Source: Candidatus Latescibacterota bacterium
Lineage (GTDB): Bacteria > Latescibacterota > UBA2968 > GCA-2709665
Assembly (NCBI GenBank): GCA_965116875.1
Contig: OZ220733.1
Span: 1,568,001 to 1,632,000, forward strand
Direction: 5' to 3'
Length of the DNA: 64,000 nucleotides
Shown here: positions 57,593 through 64,000 of the stretch, piece by piece
How the letters are laid out: each line of letters opens with the position of its first letter
How positions within the stretch are numbered: the stretch's first letter is position 1
Position numbers and translations under genes: made by a program
Notes under the pieces: generated by a model
The model's input: the letters and a program-made list of their open reading frames with translations, nothing else
Told to the model about the DNA's origin: nothing
Databases searched by the model: none

Positions 57593-60397
57593 ATGCTTTC
57601 CCTCCGAAATCTTCTCGCAACCCTGCAGCGCCATATAATGCCGCCAGCCTCCCGGCCGTTGGCGGTCGATTTGGGCCTCGCGGCCGGACTCTTCGGCGCA
57701 TGGCTGGCGCTGAGCGGCTTCGATCCCCTCGTTGCGGCGGCGAAGGACGAGTTGCGACTGGCCGTATCGCCCGGACCATTTCAACTTCGATGGCCGCCCC
57801 TCGGACCCACCCTCATCGGCCTCGCGGGCCTGGTCCTGGCGTGGATTCGCCATCGTCGCGTCCCGGATGCGCCACAACTCCAGGAACGCCTCCAGCGTGC
57901 GACATTGCTGGCAGGCGCGCTTCTGGCAGTGCGTCTCCTGGCGCTCTTCGACCCGCTAGTCCGCATCTTTCCCTTCCTGACCATCCTCTGGTCTCCTCAC
58001 GCGTTTTGGGCCCTGGCGCTGGTTTATCTCGGGTACGTACATCTCCCGTCGCCTGGCGCCCGGAAACCCCTCCGTACCGTCTATGTCGCAGGCGCCCTGT
58101 TCGCCGTGTGCCTGCCTATGTACGTCTTCTATGCGCTCTATTTCTGCCAGGTCACCATGCTCCACGGAGATGAAGGCCAGTACCTGCGCGTGACGCAAAG
58201 TCTGCTCCACGACGGGGACATGGACCTGGCCAACAACCTGGACATTGAGCAGATCCGGGAATTCCACGTCACGGACTTCGGGCTAAACAAGGCGCCTGCG
58301 TCGCCTGAAGGCAAAATCCACTCGTCGCATCCGATCGGCCTTTCCGTCGCCCTTGTACCTGCCTACTGGTGGGGCTTGGAAGCATGGGCGAACCCGCGGC
58401 TGGCTACCGCGCTGTTCATCGCGCTGCTTGCGAGTCTGTGCGTTCCATTGATTTTCATTTATCTCACGCGGCTGGGAGCCAAATCCTGGTCGGCACTGGC
58501 AGCCACATGCATAACGGCCATTACAGGTCCGTACTTCTACTATTCCAACCAGATCTATCCGGAAATCCCGGCCATCGGCATCGTGCTGGCCACCCTGATC
58601 GTCCTTGCTCACTGGCAGACTCCCGGCGGCACGTACCAGTCCCTGGGACGCCGGGAAATACCGGTGCTGGGCCTGCTGACCCTCCTGCTTTGCTGCCTTC
58701 CCTTTTTGCATCCGCGCCTGGCTCCGCTGGGGTTCTGCGGCGGCGCAATCGTGCTGCTGCAGGCCTGGAACAACAAAAAGCGATGGTGGGCCCTCTCGAC
58801 GATCGGCCTCGCTGTCGCCGGCGGTCTATTCGGACTTCTTGCCTACCACCACGCATTTAGCGGGGACTGGCTGGGTCCGCTACGTCCGGGAAGCGGCGCC
58901 TGGGACAAAAACGCACTCGATGTCGCGATCTGGAAGATCTCCCTTCCCGGCCACTGGTTGCACGTCGGACGGGGCATTCTCAACACGTCGCCGATCTATT
59001 TCTTTGCATTATTCGGACTGCTGACCCTCGCCAGGTTGCGCGACCGGCGCGTTGGCGTCGCCCTTGTCCTTTTCGCCGCCTCCGCCGGCATCAATGGGTT
59101 GCACTACAATTGGAATTTCGGCCACGGCTTTCCCTGCCGGTTCATGGTTATTGCCCTGCCCGCTCTGGCCTTAGGGCTGGCCTGGGGCTTGCCGTTGGTG
59201 CTGCGCCGGGCGACGACCAGTCTACTCGCAGCATTGGCCCTTGCGATCAGCCTGGAAAGCGTTCTACAAACGCTCGCTCTTCCTGAGTTGGGTTACAAAG
59301 GTAATAACCTGCTCGGCCGGTCGATCAACCACTTCTATCCCCTGAATTTGCACTTCTTCGAGCCGGACCAGCAAGACCTGCCGCTGCTCGACCTGGCATT
59401 CTGGGGTGTGCTGGCCGGTGCCCTGTTCATCAGACCACGGAACGTTGGCCTGCGGGCGGCCGTCGTCGCCGCAGCTGCCTTCGCGCCCCTTGCCTGGAGT
59501 CATAGCGAAGTATTGAATTCACGCTTATCGGGATGCAGGTCGCCTTATATGCCGCTTCTCTCAGACGGAATCAAGCCATCGACATACAGTTTCCGCGTCC
59601 CGGTTGATTTCGTGCCCGAGGATGCCGCGGACTCCGATGGAAGAATCCGCGCTCAAGAGGGACTCTCCCGACCGGGCCGGGTCGGTTATTCGCGGATGTC
59701 TATGCCCGTACTGGGTACGCTCCACCCCGGCATTTACAGGCTGGTCTTCCACGGCCTCCGGGTCGACGCGCCGGAAGGAGAGATCTCCGGCTATCTGACC
59801 CTCTCGCGCCGGTATACAGTACCTGTTGTTTCCGTCTGGAGTACGGATACCAATTACCCGCTCTACGCCAGCCGGGCCGCAGAGGACCGCTCACTCGTGT
59901 TCGACGTCGTTCGACCTCGCCTCGGTTACGTCCACACCTACTACACGGGAACGGGCAATCTGGCCCTGGACACGATCCGGGTTCGCATGATACCCGTTCG
60001 CAAACTGAACGAACCGAAACTCCTTGAGATCGGAAGGTTGGCACATAAAGTAATCGAGCGACCTCTCAACGCGGTTCATCGTATTGCGGACTTGAAAGAA
60101 GGCTATTACAGGGTCCGATTCAATCTCACCGGCTCGGCCTTCGCAAGCTTCTGTGAGCGTCACCCCGCGCCGATCATGACCGCCGTCTATACCCTGCCGC
60201 CTCCCGCACGCCCCATAGCATACGGCGCGCACCCCCCCTGGTGGATGTCGATCCCGTTCGCAGGCGACGAGACCCGTGAGTTGCGCTTTGCTCTGGACAA
60301 GACCCGGAACGTTCATGTGATTCTCCAGTACAATGGAAGGTCCGACCTGGATCTCACGGAAATCGTGCTCTACCGCGAGACTTTCAATCATCGTTGA
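57593..60397 (+). CDS. Large polytopic membrane protein, GT-C-like N-half with an extracellular C-terminal region (934 aa)
   Basis: GDEGQYL..TQSL..DGD.DL.NN; H..GLS..L.PA; QIYPE; PWLH-like PFLH.R; RF. Confidence 0.7.
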   Translation: MLSLRNLLATLQRHIMPPASRPLAVDLGLAAGLFGAWLALSGFDPLVAAAKDELRLAVSPGPFQLRWPPLGPTLIGLAGLVLAWIRHRRVPDAPQLQERLQRATLLAGALLAVRLLALFDPLVRIFPFLTILWSPHAFWALALVYLGYVHLPSPGARKPLRTVYVAGALFAVCLPMYVFYALYFCQVTMLHGDEGQYLRVTQSLLHDGDMDLANNLDIEQIREFHVTDFGLNKAPASPEGKIHSSHPIGLSVALVPAYWWGLEAWANPRLATALFIALLASLCVPLIFIYLTRLGAKSWSALAATCITAITGPYFYYSNQIYPEIPAIGIVLATLIVLAHWQTPGGTYQSLGRREIPVLGLLTLLLCCLPFLHPRLAPLGFCGGAIVLLQAWNNKKRWWALSTIGLAVAGGLFGLLAYHHAFSGDWLGPLRPGSGAWDKNALDVAIWKISLPGHWLHVGRGILNTSPIYFFALFGLLTLARLRDRRVGVALVLFAASAGINGLHYNWNFGHGFPCRFMVIALPALALGLAWGLPLVLRRATTSLLAALALAISLESVLQTLALPELGYKGNNLLGRSINHFYPLNLHFFEPDQQDLPLLDLAFWGVLAGALFIRPRNVGLRAAVVAAAAFAPLAWSHSEVLNSRLSGCRSPYMPLLSDGIKPSTYSFRVPVDFVPEDAADSDGRIRAQEGLSRPGRVGYSRMSMPVLGTLHPGIYRLVFHGLRVDAPEGEISGYLTLSRRYTVPVVSVWSTDTNYPLYASRAAEDRSLVFDVVRPRLGYVHTYYTGTGNLALDTIRVRMIPVRKLNEPKLLEIGRLAHKVIERPLNAVHRIADLKEGYYRVRFNLTGSAFASFCERHPAPIMTAVYTLPPPARPIAYGAHPPWWMSIPFAGDETRELRFALDKTRNVHVILQYNGRSDLDLTEIVLYRETFNHR

Positions 60398-60505
60398 GGC
60401 GGCAGACAGGAATGTCTGCCCCACCCTTAAAATCGGTTTCCTCAGGATGACAGTTCGGGCGTACCGGGACAGCGACGTGGGCAGACAGGAATGTCTGCCC
60501 CACAC
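60398..60505. repeat. Two REP copies GGCAGACAGGAATGTCTGCCCCAC
   Basis: Direct copies of the palindrome at about 60401-60424 and 60477-60503. Confidence 0.85.
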
Positions 60506-60552
60506 TCACACCAGGTTTTTCTCTCATAGAAATGTCGAGACCGGATAAGTCA

Positions 60553-60582
60553 TTGACAAGAAACCATGCGGCGGGGTATTTT
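60553..60582 (+). promoter_or_regulatory. Putative sigma-70 promoter of the AddB/AddA-like pair
   Basis: TTGACA-N18-TATTTT. Confidence 0.45.
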
Positions 60583-60592
60583 CTGAGGACAG

Positions 60593-63331
60593 ATGATTCA
60601 ATCCGGACGGATTGACGTTGGAGCGTTTATGCCGGAAACAGAAATCAAGCCAGGAGCCCGGTTACGCAGGACGGTGGTGGTGGAAGGCCGGTACGCGCGG
60701 CGATGGCATCAGACACAAGCCGCCATGAACGGCGATCACGGGCTGCTGGTCATTTCAATGGAGGAACTCGCCGCTCGGCTTGCGGGAGGGTTTCTGCGAT
60801 CCGTCCGAACCTCCGATCTCAAGGAACGGGTGAGAGACGCCGCAGCGGCAGGATCGCTCGACGAACTGGATGAAATCAAGGAGCTTCCCGGGTTTCAAAG
60901 GGCGGCAGCGGCCACGCTGTCCAAAGCCTGGCGCGCAAATCTGGGTCTGGCGGGCAGCAGCAAACCGCGCACCCGGTCGCTGGCGATACTCGAACGTGAA
61001 ATACGTTCCAGGTTGCCGAAGAACCAGCTCCCGGACCCCGATCTGGCATTGCGCGCACGCAACCGGGTTGCTCTTGCTCCCGTCCTCTTTGGGCGAATCG
61101 AGATCCATGGCCGCACCGAGTTGTCGCCGGTGTGGCGTGACCTGTTGCTGCGGCTGGGCGTTGAGACGGAGGTGGTCTGGATGGCCGGCGCGAGACCGAC
61201 GCCCGGCTGGCTTGCAGGGTCCGCCATAAACGTCCATGAGAACGAGGCGGCGGATCCCGAAATCCGCGCGGTGTCGTGCGCCACGCCGCGCCACGAAATC
61301 CTGGAAGCCCTGCGTTGGGCGCGGCGACATCTGACGGATGGAACCCCCGCCCAACACATCGCGATCACAGCAGCATCCCCTGCTACGTGGGACGATCACG
61401 TACTGGCCATGGCGGACGCCGCGAAGCTGCCGGTCCACTTCATTCACGGCAAACCGGCGCTTGCGACCCGGGAAGGACAGCTTGCCGCGGCCCTTGCCGA
61501 GGTTCTGCTGCGCGGGCTGTCCCGCACCCGTATGGTCCGCCTGGTGGGTCTGCTTCGGTCTTCTGCCGGGCGCTTCCAATCATTGCCGGAGGACTGGCGG
61601 GAAGTCCTCCCTGACGATGCCCCGCTGCTCGACGCCGACCGATGGGACCAGCTTCTTCAGAGACTGACACCGGAGGACTTTTCCGACGGCAAAGACCATC
61701 GACCGTTGCTGCGGCAGATCATCATGGTACTCCGCCGGGGTCTGGCCAGGGCGGAAGAGATCGGCGAGGCGCTCCTGGCGGACTCAGAAGCGCTGGCAAT
61801 CTGGAAAAGGGCCCTGGTCGAGGGACCGCCGGCCGCTCTGGATGTGACCCTGGCCGGGCTTCGGGTGCAGGACGAAGAAGAGCCGGGCGCCGCCATTGTC
61901 TGGGGACCGGCATCGGCCGTCGCTGCGGTGCCCCGGCCCTTCTGCTGGCTCGTCGGTCTGACCTCTCGCTCGTGGCCCCGCCGCGCCGGAGAGGACCCCC
62001 TGCTCCCAACCCACGTCGTTCGGCAGGAGGAACTGGAGCCCCTACCCGTTCATGAGTCGGACCGCCGGGATTTCGAGACGATCCGCAGGATGGCTGAACG
62101 GCAGGTTGTCTGTTCGAGAGCGCGGAAAGACAGCGAAGGCCGGCTGAATGGCGTCTCTCCACTCTATCCCCAGGACAGGGATGAAGAATTCCTCTCCCAG
62201 GGCCGGGTCCCCGGGCATGCCGCAAGCGAGAGCGACCGGCTCGCGGCCAGACGCCGCGAATTCGCCGCGCTTCCACTGGCCCGATCCGCCACCCGGACGT
62301 GGAGCGACTGGCGCAGCGAGGAACTGACAGCCCATGACGGTCTGATCAGCAAGGGACATCCAATGCTTCTTCGCGCGCTCGACCGCACGCAATCCGCCAC
62401 ATCGCTTGCCAGACTGCTTCGGGACCCCCTTGGATATCTGTGGACCTACGCCTTCGGATGGACGGCGCCTGAAGAAACGGAGGCGCCGTTGACGCTCGAC
62501 GCGCTCGCGTTCGGGTCTCTTCTGCACGAGTTTCTCGGAGAAAGCATCAATCAACTGGAGGAATCCGGACGCGGCGGACTTTCCGGCGCATCCGGGTGGG
62601 AGATGGAACGCACCGTGACGTTGGCGGCAAACGCGGTTGCGGAACGATGGGCGTCCAGGCGGCCCGTCCCGCCGCCCGTCATCTGGCGGCGGAAGTGCGA
62701 GGAGGCGAAGGAGCTGGCCGTGGCCGCGTTGTCGCAGGACGAAGCGCCGCTGACGGGGCAGAGAACCTGGGCGGAAGTTCAGTTCGGCTACGCGGGACGC
62801 AGGAGGGCTTCCGGTGGAAGCGCCGGCGCCAGCCCGCCGTGGGACCTCTCGACGCCAGTCTACATTGACGGTACACAGATCCGTATCGGCGGATTCATCG
62901 ACCGGCTCGATCTGTCGGAAGACCGGCGGCGCGCCCGCGTTACGGATTACAAATCCGGAAAATACCCGGGAAAGCCGCCTCAGATCAACGGCGGCGCCGA
63001 GTTGCAGCGATGCCTCTACGCCTTTGCGGTGAGATCGCTCATCCCTGCGCGGCCCGAGGTCGAAGCGCGTCTGGTCTACCCGCGCAGCGACAGGCCGGCC
63101 CTGGTCCTTGACGACACCGGGGAGACGCTTGCCGAACTGGTGAAATACCTCAACGCGGCCACGGACCTTTTCGTGAACGGAAAAACGCTGAGCGGCGCCG
63201 CGGCTTCCGACCGGTACTACGATCTGTCCTTCGCATTGCCCGGCAGATCGAGAGAGATGTACCTGAAGACCAAGGGGCCCCTCTCTGCAATGGCCCTGAT
63301 GCCGCTTTCTCAACTCTGGGAGCAGCCCTGA
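60593..63331 (+). CDS. AddB-like protein with C-terminal PD-(D/E)XK (RecB-type) nuclease (start may be 60629)
   Basis: SATSL..LLRDP..Y.W; FGSLLHE; AEVQFG; IGGFIDRLD; VTDYKSG; ELQRCLY. Confidence 0.85.
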   Translation: MIQSGRIDVGAFMPETEIKPGARLRRTVVVEGRYARRWHQTQAAMNGDHGLLVISMEELAARLAGGFLRSVRTSDLKERVRDAAAAGSLDELDEIKELPGFQRAAAATLSKAWRANLGLAGSSKPRTRSLAILEREIRSRLPKNQLPDPDLALRARNRVALAPVLFGRIEIHGRTELSPVWRDLLLRLGVETEVVWMAGARPTPGWLAGSAINVHENEAADPEIRAVSCATPRHEILEALRWARRHLTDGTPAQHIAITAASPATWDDHVLAMADAAKLPVHFIHGKPALATREGQLAAALAEVLLRGLSRTRMVRLVGLLRSSAGRFQSLPEDWREVLPDDAPLLDADRWDQLLQRLTPEDFSDGKDHRPLLRQIIMVLRRGLARAEEIGEALLADSEALAIWKRALVEGPPAALDVTLAGLRVQDEEEPGAAIVWGPASAVAAVPRPFCWLVGLTSRSWPRRAGEDPLLPTHVVRQEELEPLPVHESDRRDFETIRRMAERQVVCSRARKDSEGRLNGVSPLYPQDRDEEFLSQGRVPGHAASESDRLAARRREFAALPLARSATRTWSDWRSEELTAHDGLISKGHPMLLRALDRTQSATSLARLLRDPLGYLWTYAFGWTAPEETEAPLTLDALAFGSLLHEFLGESINQLEESGRGGLSGASGWEMERTVTLAANAVAERWASRRPVPPPVIWRRKCEEAKELAVAALSQDEAPLTGQRTWAEVQFGYAGRRRASGGSAGASPPWDLSTPVYIDGTQIRIGGFIDRLDLSEDRRRARVTDYKSGKYPGKPPQINGGAELQRCLYAFAVRSLIPARPEVEARLVYPRSDRPALVLDDTGETLAELVKYLNAATDLFVNGKTLSGAAASDRYYDLSFALPGRSREMYLKTKGPLSAMALMPLSQLWEQP

Positions 63332-63332
63332 G

Positions 63333-64000
63333 ATGCCTTGCGAACGTCAACAGGCGCCGCTTTCCGACCTGGGCGCGCGCATCGATGCGCTCACGCGCCA
63401 CAACCGTTCTCTTCTTGTGGAAGCCGGAGCCGGCAGCGGCAAGACGGCGCTCATGGCAGGCAGGGCGGCGCTGCTCGTGGCGGGGGGGACCGCTCCGAGG
63501 AACATCGCCGCCATCACCTTTACCGAAGCGGCGGCGGCCGAACTCCTGGAGCGAATCGACCGAATCGTGAAGGCCCTCGTTTCCGGCAATCCACCCACGG
63601 AAATCGAACCCGCCATGCCGACCGGTCTGAGCGACGCGCAACGCGCCAATCTCGAAGAAGGCGAAGACACGCTGGACGAGTTGACCTGCACGACCATCCA
63701 CGGCTTCTGTCAGAAACTGATCACGCCCTATCCCGTGGAATCCGGGCAGGACCCCGGCGCTTCGATCATCGACCCGGCGGTTGCCGAACTCGCCTTTGAC
63801 GACCTGGTGGATGCATGGCTGTCGGCGCGGTTCGGACGGGACCCGGCCGAAGACGGCCTGGGGCGTTTGCCGCGGATCCAGCATCCCGGCGCCGAAGGGG
63901 AGGATTTCTTCGCCTCGCTCCTGCAGAGATCGCCGGACGAAACGCTGCGCCTGATCAGAGAGACGGCCCATTTTCTGAGAATACACCGCACGGCCGGAGC
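63333..64000 (+). CDS. AddA/UvrD-like helicase, truncated by window edge
   Basis: Manual translation from ATG 63333: ...SLLVEAGAGSGKT...IAAITFTEAAAAELLERI...CTTIHGFCQKLI; 1 nt after the upstream stop. Confidence 0.9.
   Translation, partial: MPCERQQAPLSDLGARIDALTRHNRSLLVEAGAGSGKTALMAGRAALLVAGGTAPRNIAAITFTEAAAAELLERIDRIVKALVSGNPPTEIEPAMPTGLSDAQRANLEEGEDTLDELTCTTIHGFCQKLITPYPVESGQDPGASIIDPAVAELAFDDLVDAWLSARFGRDPAEDGLGRLPRIQHPGAEGEDFFASLLQRSPDETLRLIRETAHFLRIHRTAG

Overview
High-GC bacterial chromosomal window. FlgD/T9SS-like C-terminal domains, dockerin/cohesin modules, DUF151-UVR, Uma2 and PhyH genes suggest an FCB-group candidate-phylum organism (Latescibacterota/Gemmatimonadota-like, possibly a sponge symbiont); this placement is inference only. 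The window holds three large secreted surface proteins, two of which are paralogues (dockerin+cohesin+FlgD versus dockerin only). It also holds a rearranged ispE-tRNA-Gln-rplY-pth-[hppA]-rpsF-rpsR-rplI cluster lacking prs; a TPR protein, sigma-54 activator and DegP; uvrC-ogt-xerD; hisGDCB running into a surface-glycan locus; and an AddB/AddA-like pair cut by the right edge. The non-coding DNA is the most unusual part. By hand tally about 8-9 kb is a modular mosaic of several REP/REPIN-like families, including a 249-bp tandem array that encloses a DUF559 endonuclease gene. Two diverged copies (about 554-780 and 41794-41960) of an apparently unnamed structured element show covarying stems and a pseudoknot with a predicted pyrimidine-motif triple helix. 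No CRISPR, rRNA, prophage or intact IS is visible. All calls are by eye; no database searches were run.
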